Source: Candidatus Geohabitans tengchongensis (GTDB taxonomy: Bacteria > Sysuimicrobiota > Sysuimicrobiia > Sysuimicrobiales > Humicultoraceae). Taken from it: a DNA stretch of 64,000 nucleotides. Under the pieces are notes generated by a model, which was not told where the DNA came from, did no database searches, and saw only the letters and a list, made by a program, of their open reading frames with translations. Made by a program: the position numbers and the translations under genes. Shown here piece by piece: positions 28,746-38,282 of the stretch. The stretch's first letter is position 1. Each line of letters starts with the position of its first letter. The stretch is taken from NCBI GenBank assembly GCA_031459625.1, contig JAVKIH010000011.1:21031-85030 (forward strand), read 5' to 3'.

Positions 28746-29920
28746 GCGCGCCGACGGTCAGCGTGATCATCCCCGCCTACAACGCCGAGGCCTACGTAGG
28801 CGAGGCCATCCGGAGTGTCCTTGCTCAGTCCTTCCGCGACGTGGAGCTCCTGGTGGTGGACGACGGGTCCACCGACGGCACAGCGGCGGTGGTGCAGGGC
28901 TTCGGCCCCGGGGTGCGCTATCTGTACCAGCCCAATGCCGGACTCCCTGCGGCCCGGAATGCGGGTATCCGGCTCGCGCGTGGCGCCATCATCGCGTTCC
29001 TCGATGCCGATGACCTCTGGCTACCGGACTTCCTCGACGCGGTCGTCGGAGCGTTGCTCGCCGATTGGGGGGTCGACGGAGCTTACGCCTGGGCCCGGTA
29101 CATCGAGCCGCACGGACGGGTCCTCCCCGGAGGCATGGGCCCCACTCCGGCGGGGGACACCCTGGAGCGGGTGTTCCTGATGGGCGGGTCCCTGCAGTTC
29201 TCCATGGTGGCGTTGCGCCGCGAGGTGTTCGGGAGGGTGGGGCTCTTCGACGAGACGCTGCGCCAGGCGCAGGACTGGGACTTCCTGCTCCGGGCAGCGG
29301 CGGTCGGCATCCGTTTCGCTTGCGTGCCACGGATCCTGGTATACCGACGAGTCCATGGGGAGAGCCTGGCCGCCGACCCGGAACGCCACCTGGCCTGGGA
29401 GCGGCGCGTCCTGGCCAAGGCGCTGGCCACGCTGCCGCTCCCCCACCGCCTCCGGGCGCTGGCACCCGTCGCCGAGTACCGCATGGTCGTCCGGGCGGCC
29501 ATGACGCACTGGCGGCAGGGCCATCACCAGGCCGCGGTCGACCGCCTGGCGGAGGCGCTGGCGTCGTGGCCGGAGGCGGCGGAGCGCCCGCAGACTTACC
29601 TGGGCCTGCTCCACCGGCTCCTGCCGGTGGGCGTGCGGTGTGCGCAGACCGTGGGGCGAGAGTTGCCCCGACTGGTGCAGGAAGGCCATCGCCTCCTCGA
29701 TCTGGTCCTCGCCCATCCCCTCATTACGGCGACCGCGGCCATCCGTCCGCGACGGGCCCGGGCGGCCTTCCACACGGGGGTCGCCTATCTGGCCCTGCGC
29801 TCGCTGCGGCTGGGGCTGGCGGCCCAGGCGGGACTGCAGGTGGTGGCCGCCGATCCGACGCTGCCCCTACGTCCGACCTGGCGGCGGTGGCGGAGCGCAC
29901 CGGTCGGGGAATCGAGGTGA
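28742..29920 (+). CDS. Glycosyltransferase family 2
   Basis: VSVIIPAYN, VDDGSTD, ARNAG, FLDADD, QDWD. Confidence 0.92.
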   Translation: MSAPTVSVIIPAYNAEAYVGEAIRSVLAQSFRDVELLVVDDGSTDGTAAVVQGFGPGVRYLYQPNAGLPAARNAGIRLARGAIIAFLDADDLWLPDFLDAVVGALLADWGVDGAYAWARYIEPHGRVLPGGMGPTPAGDTLERVFLMGGSLQFSMVALRREVFGRVGLFDETLRQAQDWDFLLRAAAVGIRFACVPRILVYRRVHGESLAADPERHLAWERRVLAKALATLPLPHRLRALAPVAEYRMVVRAAMTHWRQGHHQAAVDRLAEALASWPEAAERPQTYLGLLHRLLPVGVRCAQTVGRELPRLVQEGHRLLDLVLAHPLITATAAIRPRRARAAFHTGVAYLALRSLRLGLAAQAGLQVVAADPTLPLRPTWRRWRSAPVGESR

Positions 29921-29932
29921 CATCGAGGTGAC
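29911..29932. repeat. 11-bp tandem duplication ATCGAGGTGAC x2 at a gene junction
   Basis: Read directly; carries the GT2 stop codon and a GAGGTG RBS for the next gene. Confidence 0.75.
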
Positions 29933-29936
29933 GGCG

Positions 29937-31127
29937 ATGGAGCCTTTGAGGATCCCGCTCTCTCGCCCCGACATCGGAGACGAGGAGCGCAAAGAGGTCC
30001 TCGCGGTGCTGGACACCCCATGGCTGAGCATGGGGCCGAAAGTGGGAGCGTTCGAGCGGCAGTTTGCCGCTGCGGTGGGCAGCCGGTACGCCATCGCCGT
30101 GAGCAGTGGGACCGCAGGGCTCCACCTGGCCCTGCGCGCAGTGGGAGTGGGGAGCGGAGACGACGTCATCACCACCCCCTTTACCTTCGTCGCCACCGCC
30201 AATGTCGTCCTGATGGAGCGGGCCCGGCCGGTCTTCGTCGACGTGGACCCGCAGACGCTCAACCTCGACCCCGCCACCGTGGAGGCGCACATTGAGCGTA
30301 CTTACGCGGGCCGGGGCGGGACGCTGGTCCACCGGGTCACCGGGGCGCCGTTGCGCGCGCTCCTGCCCGTGGCCGTCTTCGGCCACCCGGTGGACATGGA
30401 CGGCTTCGTCCGTTTGCGTGACCGCTTCGGCCTGCCCGTCGTGCACGACGCGTGTGAGGCGCTGGGGGCGCGCTACTGGTCCGCCGCCCGCGAGGCGTGG
30501 GTCTGCGAGGCCGCCCTCGCCGATGCCGCCGTATACGCCTTCTACCCCAACAAGCAGATCACCACCGGCGAGGGCGGTATGGTCGTGACCTCGGACGACG
30601 GGATCGCGCGGGCCTGCCGCGTCGGCCGGAACCAGGGGCGCGATCCGGACGCCGAGTGGCTGGCGCACGAGGCGCTGGGCTTCAACTACCGGCTGGACGA
30701 GCTCTCCGCGGCGCTCGGGCTGGCGCAGTTGCGACGGCTGCCCACCCTCCTGGCCCGACGGCGCCAGGTCGCCGAGTGGTACGACGTCCTGCTGGCCGAC
30801 GTGCCCGAGGTCGTCCGCCCCACTGCCGCCCCCTGGGCGGACGTGAGTTGGTTCGTCTACGTCGTGCGGCTCCCTTCGCCCGAGGTGCGCGATGCCGTCC
30901 AGCGTCACCTCCTCGCCCGCGGGATCGGCGCGCGCCCCTACTTCCCTGCCGTCCACCTGTTTCGTCACCTGCGGGTCCTGGGGTACGCCCCCGGGGACTT
31001 CCCGGTGGCGGAGGCGGCCGCCCTGCGCGGGCTGGCCCTGCCCTTCTTCGCGGGCCTGACGCGGGAGGAGGTCGAGGATGTTGTCCGCACCCTCAAGGAG
31101 GCACTGGCCATCCGTGCCCCTGCCTAG
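29937..31127 (+). CDS. DegT/DnrJ/EryC1/StrS sugar aminotransferase
   Basis: SSGTAGLH, TFVAT, HDACEA, FYPNKQITTGEGG (PLP Lys), GFNYRL. Confidence 0.93.
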   Translation: MEPLRIPLSRPDIGDEERKEVLAVLDTPWLSMGPKVGAFERQFAAAVGSRYAIAVSSGTAGLHLALRAVGVGSGDDVITTPFTFVATANVVLMERARPVFVDVDPQTLNLDPATVEAHIERTYAGRGGTLVHRVTGAPLRALLPVAVFGHPVDMDGFVRLRDRFGLPVVHDACEALGARYWSAAREAWVCEAALADAAVYAFYPNKQITTGEGGMVVTSDDGIARACRVGRNQGRDPDAEWLAHEALGFNYRLDELSAALGLAQLRRLPTLLARRRQVAEWYDVLLADVPEVVRPTAAPWADVSWFVYVVRLPSPEVRDAVQRHLLARGIGARPYFPAVHLFRHLRVLGYAPGDFPVAEAAALRGLALPFFAGLTREEVEDVVRTLKEALAIRAPA

Positions 31128-33075
31128 GCTCCACCCCACCACGACCTGGCGCGCCCTGATCTTCCTGGTCGGGGACCTGCTCATCTGGAGCCTGTCGGTC
31201 TGGGCGGCCTTCCTGATCCGCTTCGACGGGGAGATCCCGCCGAGCTACCTCCGGGACATCCCTTACCTGCTGGCCCTGGTGGTGCCGGTACGGCTGGGCT
31301 GGCACGCGGCCTACCGGCTCTACCACCTGACCTGGCGGACCGTGGGGTTGACCGACCTCCTCAACATCCTGAAGGCCAACACCCTGGCCTCCCTCATGAT
31401 CCTGGGCGCAGCCCTGATGCTGCGCACGGTCGACGCCTACGGCGACCTGCCCCGGTCGGTGCTGATCCTGGACTACGTGCTCAGCAGCGGGGGCGTGGCC
31501 CTCTTCCGCATCAGCCGGCGCGGCTGGGCCCTCCACCGCCACGCGCTGCGCATGCGGGGTCGCGGGGGCACCCGGCTGCTCATCGTCGGAGCGGGGGCGG
31601 CCGGCAACCGGATCCTCCAGACCATCGAGGAGTCCGGCCGGGAGCTCTACCAGGTGGTGGGGTTCGTCGACGACGATCCCGGGAAGCGGGGCGCCTTCAT
31701 CCGGGGCGTGCGCGTCCTGGGGGGGACGGACGCGCTGGCCCGCCTGATCCGCGAGCAGGCGGTGGAGGAGGTCCTCATCGCCATGCCGTCGGTCCCCGCG
31801 CCGCGGCTCCGGGAGATCGTGGCCCAGGCCCGGGCCACGGGGATCCAGCGCATCAAGGTGCTGCCCGGCGTCGACGAGTGGCTGGCGGGGCGCGCCACCC
31901 TGAAGGACATCCGCGACGTCAACCTGCACGACCTGCTGCGACGCGCCCCGGTGCGCATCCAGTACGACGCGCTGCGGACCTACTTCACGGGCAAGCGCGT
32001 CCTGGTCACCGGGGCCGCCGGGTCGATCGGGGCGGAGGTGGTGCGCCAGCTCACCCGCTTCCGGCCGGCTCTGGTGATCGCCGCCGACATCAACGAGAGC
32101 GCGCTCTTTGAGCTCGAGCAGGAGCTGTTGCAGGCCCGACCCGAGGCGCCGGTGCAGGTCATGCTGGCGGACATCCGGGACGCCCGGAAGATCGACTGGG
32201 CCATGGCCACGGGCCGTCCCGAGGTCGTCGTCCACGCGGCCGCCTACAAGCACGTCCCGATGATGGAGCGCGAAGTGGAGGAGGCGGTGAAGACCAACGT
32301 CTTCGGCACCCTCACGGTGGCCGAGGCCGCTCTGCGCCACGACGTGGAGACGTTCGTCTTCATCTCCAGCGACAAGGCGGTCCACCCGGGGAACGTCCTG
32401 GGAGCGACGAAGCGGGTGGGCGAGCTGATCGTCCAGGCCTTTGGCGCCCGGCAGCGCACCCGTTTCCTGGCCGTGCGCTTCGGCAACGTGCTGGGCAGCC
32501 GGGGTAGCCTGATCCCCCTCATGCTGGAGCAGATCCGGAACGGGGGTCCGGTGACCATCACCCACCCGGACATGACGCGCTACTTCATGACGATCTCCGA
32601 GGCGGTGCTGCTCGTCCTGCAGACGCCGCTGATGACCGCCCCGGGCAGCGTCTTCATGCTCGAGATGGGCAGCCCCATCCGCATCGTCGACCTGGTGCGG
32701 GACCTCATCCGGCTGGCGGGGCTGGAGGACGATCGGGACATCCCCATCGTCTTCAGCGGCATCCGTGCCGGCGAGAAACTCCAGGAGCAGCTCGTGGGGA
32801 CGGACGAGGAGTTCGTCCCCACCGCCTTCGATGGGATCGGCGAGGTGCGGTCGTCTCGGACCGTAGACGAGGTCACCCTGCGCCTGGCGCTGCGTGAGCT
32901 GCAGGCGCGGGTGGAGGCCATGGACGCCGACGGGGTGCGCTCGCTGCTCCGCCGTATCTGCGAGGCCACATCTGTCCCAGCGACCCTCGAATGGGCGGGA
33001 GCTGGCGCCGGTCTGGCACAGGGGTCGTGGACAGGCGGGCAGGACGTCAGCGCGTTGGGGGGGACGCCATCATGA
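31114..33075 (+). CDS. Membrane-anchored UDP-GlcNAc 4,6-dehydratase (CapD/PglF/WbpM-like)
   Basis: 4 N-terminal TMs, GAGAAG, TGAAGSIG, HAAAYKHVP, SSDKAV, RFGNVLGSRGS, MTRYFM, GEKL. Confidence 0.93.
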   Translation: MPLPRLHPTTTWRALIFLVGDLLIWSLSVWAAFLIRFDGEIPPSYLRDIPYLLALVVPVRLGWHAAYRLYHLTWRTVGLTDLLNILKANTLASLMILGAALMLRTVDAYGDLPRSVLILDYVLSSGGVALFRISRRGWALHRHALRMRGRGGTRLLIVGAGAAGNRILQTIEESGRELYQVVGFVDDDPGKRGAFIRGVRVLGGTDALARLIREQAVEEVLIAMPSVPAPRLREIVAQARATGIQRIKVLPGVDEWLAGRATLKDIRDVNLHDLLRRAPVRIQYDALRTYFTGKRVLVTGAAGSIGAEVVRQLTRFRPALVIAADINESALFELEQELLQARPEAPVQVMLADIRDARKIDWAMATGRPEVVVHAAAYKHVPMMEREVEEAVKTNVFGTLTVAEAALRHDVETFVFISSDKAVHPGNVLGATKRVGELIVQAFGARQRTRFLAVRFGNVLGSRGSLIPLMLEQIRNGGPVTITHPDMTRYFMTISEAVLLVLQTPLMTAPGSVFMLEMGSPIRIVDLVRDLIRLAGLEDDRDIPIVFSGIRAGEKLQEQLVGTDEEFVPTAFDGIGEVRSSRTVDEVTLRLALRELQARVEAMDADGVRSLLRRICEATSVPATLEWAGAGAGLAQGSWTGGQDVSALGGTPS

Positions 33076-33608
33076 CGCTCGTACACCGAGGCCATCACCC
33101 GGACATCCGGGGGCTGCACCGGGGGCTGCGGGAGCTGGAGACCCGGTTCCTGGACCTGCAGGAAGTGATGGGCGCGACCGGCCTGACGGACGAGAACGCC
33201 CTGGAGGCGGTGGACATCATCGTCCGCATCCAGCAGGTCCACCGGGCCGTAGAGGAGGAGCGGGGCCGACGCGACCTGGCCTTTGCCACCGAGCGGCGCC
33301 TGCTGCACCTCAGCGCGTGGGGCCGGTGGCTGCTCCGCAAGGTGGTGGACGAGTACGTTCTCCACGCCCGCGTGGCGTTGGAGCAGCGGATCCGCAGCGC
33401 CCTGCCGGAGCATGCCGCGGAGTACTACCGGCGGGTGGCCGACCTGGTCGACCTGGCCAAGGAGATCGCCGGCATGCCGGACGAGGTGCTCTCGGAACAA
33501 CTCTGGCAGGGCGACCTGGCGCAGATGGTCGTCGAGCAGATCCACGTGCTCCCCCGCGACATCAGCCCGCGGGGGGAGGCCATCTCGACAGAGGCGGTGA
33601 GGAGCTGA
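33072..33608 (+). CDS. Hypothetical all-helical protein
   Basis: ATGA-coupled to the upstream gene, 1 nt before the next gene, GC3-rich codons; no motif recognised. Confidence 0.7.
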   Translation: MTLVHRGHHPDIRGLHRGLRELETRFLDLQEVMGATGLTDENALEAVDIIVRIQQVHRAVEEERGRRDLAFATERRLLHLSAWGRWLLRKVVDEYVLHARVALEQRIRSALPEHAAEYYRRVADLVDLAKEIAGMPDEVLSEQLWQGDLAQMVVEQIHVLPRDISPRGEAISTEAVRS

Positions 33609-33609
33609 C

Positions 33610-35268
33610 GTGACCATTGCAGACCTCATGAGCACCCCGCGGCTGCTGCGCAGCCTGGGCGAGTTCTTCGCCACTCCCCTGACCCCGGCGCGGGCGGCGG
33701 CTCTCGTCCGTCAGCGCCTGGAGCAGCGCGAGGAGCGCTTCCTGGCCCACGTGGACCGGGTCATCTTCGGTGTGCCCCACAGTCCGTACCGCGCGCTGCT
33801 GCAGTCTGTCGGGTGCGACCGGCCGGCCCTGGCACAGGCCGTCCGCGCCCACGGTCTCGAGGGAGCGCTGGCCCAGCTGCGTGACGCCGGCGTCTACCTC
33901 TCCTACGAGGAGTTCAACGGGCGTCGCGAGGTCGTGCGCGGCGGGCGGACCTTCCGGTTCACCCGGGCCGATTTCGACAACCCCCTCCGCGACGTGGATC
34001 TGGAGGTCCGCAGCGGGGGGACCCGCAGCCGCGGCACGCCGGTGGTGGTCGCCCTCAGGACCATCGCCGAGAACCGGGCCGTGGCCTTCCAGCTGATGTT
34101 CCAGGCCGCCGGGGTGGACGCCCCGCCTGTGGTCTGGCTGCCGGGCTTCCCCTCCGGATCGGGGGTCTTCTTCTGGCTCGCCCTGGCCCACATCGGCCGA
34201 CCGGCGGTCCGATGGTTCACCGTCACCGATCCGCGCGGCCCCTCCGTCGCGCCGCGCCACCGCTGGCTGATCACGCTGGCCCGCCTGGTGGCCCGCCGGC
34301 GGGGGTGGCAACTGCCCGTCCCGGAGCACGCGCCCCTGTCGGCCCCGGAGCCTGTCCTGGAGGCGGTCCTCCGTACGCGCGACCGTTTCGGCCGATGCGC
34401 CGTGATCTCCACGCCCAGCGGAGCGGTGCGGGTGGCCACGCTGGCGCGGCGCCGCGGGGAGCGGCTGGAGGGGGTGGACTTCTTCGTGGGGTCCGAGCCG
34501 CTCACAGAGGGCAAGGCGGAGGAGATTCGCCGCAGCGGCGCCCGGGTCTGGCCGCGCTATGTCTTCACCGAGGGGGGCGCGGTAGGAGTCGGGTGTGGCC
34601 GTCCTGGGAGCGTCGACGACATGCACCTGATGGCCGACAGCTTTGCGCTCATCCTCAACCGCCGGCCCATGCCGGGGATCGGGGAACGCGATGCGTACAT
34701 GTTCACCTCGCTGCTGCAGTTTGCGCCCAAGGTCATGCTGAACGTCGAGAGCGACGACTTCGGCACGGTAACGTCGCGCCGCTGCGGGTGTCCGCTGGAC
34801 AGCCTCGGGCTCGACCGGCACCTGGCCCAGGTGCGCTCCTTCACCAAGCTCACCGGCGAGGGGGCGACGGTGCTGGGGACGGAAGCCGTGCGCATCGTCG
34901 AGGAGGTCCTCCCGCGGACATTCGGGGGGAGCAGTCTGGACTACCAGCTCCTCGAGACGGAGGATGAAGACCACCTCACCCGCCTCTTCCTGGTGGTCAG
35001 CCCGGAAGTCGGGGCGCTGGACGAAGAGGCGGTGCGACGCACCTTCATCGACGAGTTGTGGCGCGCCGGCGTCGGGCTCTCCGAGGTCTGGTTCCCCGGC
35101 CAGGGGGAGACGGTCCGCGTTCTGCGGCGGGAGCCCGTCCAGACGCCGGGGGGGAAACTGCTGCCGTTCTACTCGACCATCCGTCGCGACGGGGACGCCT
35201 CTGCAGCCAGCGTCTCCGCCCCCGCTGCGGGCAGCCGGTCGGCGGTGGGAAGAGGGGTGACCCGATGA
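33610..35268 (+). CDS. Phenylacetate-CoA-ligase-like (PaaK/CapK-type) adenylate-forming protein
   Basis: SGGT..GTP P-loop-like motif, RYVFTEGG, TSLL..NVESDD.G..CGC, C-terminal GGKL. Confidence 0.65.
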   Translation: MTIADLMSTPRLLRSLGEFFATPLTPARAAALVRQRLEQREERFLAHVDRVIFGVPHSPYRALLQSVGCDRPALAQAVRAHGLEGALAQLRDAGVYLSYEEFNGRREVVRGGRTFRFTRADFDNPLRDVDLEVRSGGTRSRGTPVVVALRTIAENRAVAFQLMFQAAGVDAPPVVWLPGFPSGSGVFFWLALAHIGRPAVRWFTVTDPRGPSVAPRHRWLITLARLVARRRGWQLPVPEHAPLSAPEPVLEAVLRTRDRFGRCAVISTPSGAVRVATLARRRGERLEGVDFFVGSEPLTEGKAEEIRRSGARVWPRYVFTEGGAVGVGCGRPGSVDDMHLMADSFALILNRRPMPGIGERDAYMFTSLLQFAPKVMLNVESDDFGTVTSRRCGCPLDSLGLDRHLAQVRSFTKLTGEGATVLGTEAVRIVEEVLPRTFGGSSLDYQLLETEDEDHLTRLFLVVSPEVGALDEEAVRRTFIDELWRAGVGLSEVWFPGQGETVRVLRREPVQTPGGKLLPFYSTIRRDGDASAASVSAPAAGSRSAVGRGVTR

Positions 35269-35708
35269 CCGGTCTGAGCCTGGCTCAGGCCTTGGCTGCC
35301 GTGGAGGCCGCGCGGGCGGAAGCGGTGCGGCTCGGGGTGGCCCTGGGGATCGCCGTGGTCGACGCGGCGGGCCATCCCGTCGTCGTCGTCCGCATGGACG
35401 GGGCCATCTTCCTGGCCCCCGAGCTGGCCCTGAAGAAGGCCTTCACCGCGGCCGCCTTCCGCCGCCCCACCAGCGCCATCGCGCCGCGCCTGACCACCAG
35501 TGACTTCTGGATGCAGGCCCCCGCCGTGGCGCAGGGGCGCATCCTGGCCAGCGGCGGGGGTGTGCCGCTCCTCGTCGACGGGACCCTCGTCGGGGCGGTG
35601 GGGACGAGCGGGGGCACCAGTGAGCAGGACGACCTCTGCGCGCAGGCGGCCGCCGCCGCGGTGGCCGGGGGGGACGGGCGAGCGGCGGCCGGGGGGGACG
35701 GGCGATGA
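35265..35708 (+). CDS. GlcG/HbpS-family haem-binding protein
   Basis: IAVVDAAG, RMDGA, KKAFTA, GGGVPL..G..VGAVGTSGG..EQD. Confidence 0.9.
   Translation: MTGLSLAQALAAVEAARAEAVRLGVALGIAVVDAAGHPVVVVRMDGAIFLAPELALKKAFTAAAFRRPTSAIAPRLTTSDFWMQAPAVAQGRILASGGGVPLLVDGTLVGAVGTSGGTSEQDDLCAQAAAAAVAGGDGRAAAGGDGR
35663..35705. repeat. 19-bp direct repeat GGCCGGGGGGGACGGGCGA (24-bp period)
   Basis: Read directly; encodes AGGDGR twice at the C-terminus of the GlcG-like protein. Confidence 0.7.
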
Positions 35709-36934
35709 GCACCGACCGACCGGAGCGCCCACCGGCGGCGGGGCCGCTCGCCGGGGTGCGCGTCGTGGAGCTCGGCCACATGATCGCCGGGCCCTTCGCC
35801 ACCCTGCTGCTGAGCTACTTCGGCGCCGAGGTCATCAAGGTGGAGTCCCGGCACCGCATGGACGGCTTTCGGCGGCGCGAGGCGGCGACGAACTACCTGA
35901 CCCGGGCCTTCGGCGACTTCAACCGCAACAAGCGCTCCCTCACCCTGAACCTGCAGCAGCCGCGGGGGCGCGAGCTGCTGGGGCGGCTGTTGGCCCGCAG
36001 CGACGCGCTCCTGGAGAACTTCAGCGCCCGCGTCCTGCCCCAGTGGGGGCTCGACTGGCCGACGCTGCACCGCCGCTACCCGCGGCTCGTCGTCGTGCGC
36101 ATGCAGGGGCTCGGAGCCACGGGCCCGCACCGCGACTTCGTCACCTTCGGCCCGTCCATCCTGGCGCTCACCGGCTTCACCTACCTGTGGAACGCGCCGG
36201 GCGCCGACGAGGTGGTCGGCTCCCAGACCGCCCACGCCGACTACATCGCCGGCGTCCACGCTGCGGTGGCGGTCATGGCGGGCCTGCACCACCGCGCCCG
36301 CACCGGCGAGGGCCTCTACGTCGACGTCTCCCAGGCCGAGGCCACGGCCGCCCTGCTCGGCCCGGCGTACCTGGAATGGCTGCTGCTGGGCCGCGAGGCC
36401 CGACCGGTAGGCAACACCCGCCGGGAGTACGCCCCGGGCGGGTGCTACCGCTGCGCCGGCGAGGACGAGTGGTGCGTCATCACCGTCCGCACCGAGGCGG
36501 AGTGGGAGGCGCTGGTGCGGGCCACCGGGTGCACCGAATGGGCGCTCGATCCGCGCTTCCGCGACCGCACCCAGCGCACGCTCCACCGCCAGGCCCTCGA
36601 CGCCGCGCTGGAGACCTGGACGCGCCGGCGCCCGGCCGCCGAGGTCGTCCGGTTGCTGCGGGCCGCGGGCGTGCCGGCAGGGCAGGTCAAGAAGGGCAGC
36701 GACCTGCTGGCCGACCCGCACCTGCGGGCGCGCGGCTTCATCCACCACGTCGACCACCCCGCCTTCCGGCCGATCAGCTACCCGGGGGCTCCCGTGCGCC
36801 TGGTCGGCCACGAAGCCGCGACGCGCCGTCCGGCACCGACGCTGGGCCAGGACACCGAGGCGGTGCTGCGCGAGGTCCTGGAGTTGAACGCCGAGGAGAT
36901 CGAGCGCTACCGGGCCGAGGAGGTGCTGGTGTGA
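35705..36934 (+). CDS. Family III CoA-transferase (CaiB/BaiF)
   Basis: PLAGVRVVEL, AGP, GAEVIKVES, NRNKRS, ENF, catalytic Asp in ADYIAG, PTLGQDT. Confidence 0.92.
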   Translation: MSTDRPERPPAAGPLAGVRVVELGHMIAGPFATLLLSYFGAEVIKVESRHRMDGFRRREAATNYLTRAFGDFNRNKRSLTLNLQQPRGRELLGRLLARSDALLENFSARVLPQWGLDWPTLHRRYPRLVVVRMQGLGATGPHRDFVTFGPSILALTGFTYLWNAPGADEVVGSQTAHADYIAGVHAAVAVMAGLHHRARTGEGLYVDVSQAEATAALLGPAYLEWLLLGREARPVGNTRREYAPGGCYRCAGEDEWCVITVRTEAEWEALVRATGCTEWALDPRFRDRTQRTLHRQALDAALETWTRRRPAAEVVRLLRAAGVPAGQVKKGSDLLADPHLRARGFIHHVDHPAFRPISYPGAPVRLVGHEAATRRPAPTLGQDTEAVLREVLELNAEEIERYRAEEVLV

Positions 36935-36962
36935 GCGTGCGGGGCGTCGGGGAGGGACCGGG

Positions 36963-38177
36963 ATGAGTGTGCGGCGGCCGGAGACCGCGGCCCTCCCCGA
37001 GGCGGTCCCACGCCTGCCGCTACCGCAGCCGCTCCGCGGGGTGCGGGTGCTGGAGGTGGCGGACCGGCGCGTGGCCTATGCCGGACGCCTGCTGGCCGGG
37101 CTGGGAGCCGAGGTGATCCTCATCGAACCGCCGGAGCGGCGCCGCGACGCGCCCACGCCCGCGGACCTCTACTTCCGGACCGGGAAGAAGGCGGTCACGC
37201 TGGACCTCGCCGTCGCCGCCGGGCGCCACACCCTGTTCCGCCTGGCCGCGTATGCCGACGTCCTGCTGGTGGCCGGCCCGCCGGGGGAGCGGCGGCGGCT
37301 GGGGCTGACCTTCGAGGACCTCCACCCGGCGTTTCCCCGCCTGGTGGTGGGGAGCATCGCCGACTTCGGCCTGAGCGGCCCGGACGCCGACCGCCCGGCC
37401 AACGAGCTCGTGGCCTTCGCCGAGAGCGGGCTGATGTACATCAGTGGCAGGCCGGGCGAGCCGCCGGTGGCCGCCCCGCCCCACCACGCCGCCGACCTGG
37501 CCGGCGCCTACCTGGCCTTCGGAGTGCTGGTGGCCCTGTGGGAGCGCGCGCACACGCGGCGCGGCCGGGAGGTGGAGGTGTCCGTCCAGGAGGCCCTGGC
37601 CGTCGAGGAGCACACCATCTCCACTGCCTCGGACGAGGGGCGCGACCTGGTGCGCGTGGGCAGCCAGCACATGGTGGCGGTCCCGGGGTCGGTCTTCCGG
37701 GTGAAGGACGGCTACGTCCACGCCTACGTGGCCGACACCATGCCGGGGTCGTGGGAGCGGCTGCTGGAGTGGATGGGCCACCCGCCGGAGCTGGCCGACG
37801 AGCGCTACCGCCAGGGCCTCTACCGCCGCGCCCACGTCGAGGAGATCACTCCGGTGGTGGCCCGCTTCTTCGCCCGCTTCACCCGCCAGGAGCTTTACCT
37901 GGAAGGGCAGCGCCGGCGGTTGTGCATCACCCCGGTGAACACGCCGCGCGAGTACCTGGAGGACGTCCAGACCCGCGCGCGCGGGTTCGTCGTGCAGGCG
38001 CACGTACCGGGGCACGGATGGGTCGGCGTGCCGGGCGGCCCCTTCCTGCTGAACGGGCACCGCGTGCCCTTGCCCCCGGTGCCGCGCGTGGGCGAGCACA
38101 ACCGTGAGGTCTACCTGGGCCTGGTGGGCTACGGCGAAGAGGAGCTGGCGGTCCTGACCCAGGGCGGCGTCATCTGA
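36963..38177 (+). CDS. Family III CoA-transferase, second subunit (BbsE/BbsF-type pair)
   Basis: PLRGVRVLE, GAEVILIEPP, GKKAVTLDL, ADLAG, PRVGEHN. Confidence 0.88.
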   Translation: MSVRRPETAALPEAVPRLPLPQPLRGVRVLEVADRRVAYAGRLLAGLGAEVILIEPPERRRDAPTPADLYFRTGKKAVTLDLAVAAGRHTLFRLAAYADVLLVAGPPGERRRLGLTFEDLHPAFPRLVVGSIADFGLSGPDADRPANELVAFAESGLMYISGRPGEPPVAAPPHHAADLAGAYLAFGVLVALWERAHTRRGREVEVSVQEALAVEEHTISTASDEGRDLVRVGSQHMVAVPGSVFRVKDGYVHAYVADTMPGSWERLLEWMGHPPELADERYRQGLYRRAHVEEITPVVARFFARFTRQELYLEGQRRRLCITPVNTPREYLEDVQTRARGFVVQAHVPGHGWVGVPGGPFLLNGHRVPLPPVPRVGEHNREVYLGLVGYGEEELAVLTQGGVI

Positions 38178-38235
38178 CCCGATCCAGCGCGGCGTCCGAC
38201 CCGACCCAGCGCGGCGTCCGACCCGACCCAGCGCG
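38176..38235. repeat. 22-bp tandem repeat GACCCGAYCCAGCGCGGCGTCC, about 2.7 copies
   Basis: Read directly in the intergenic gap; no spacers. Confidence 0.85.
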
Positions 38236-38282
38236 CGCACGACCGCGACGCTGCGCGACACGAACACGCAGGAGGCACAGCC

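Noticed and set aside
33057..33063. G7 tracts as phase-variation sites (also near 31719 and 35667)
   Set aside because: Short for contingency loci, expected at this GC content, and the reading frames are intact
38176..38235. Possible CRISPR array
   Set aside because: Units are head-to-tail without spacers, fewer than three copies, and no cas genes are present
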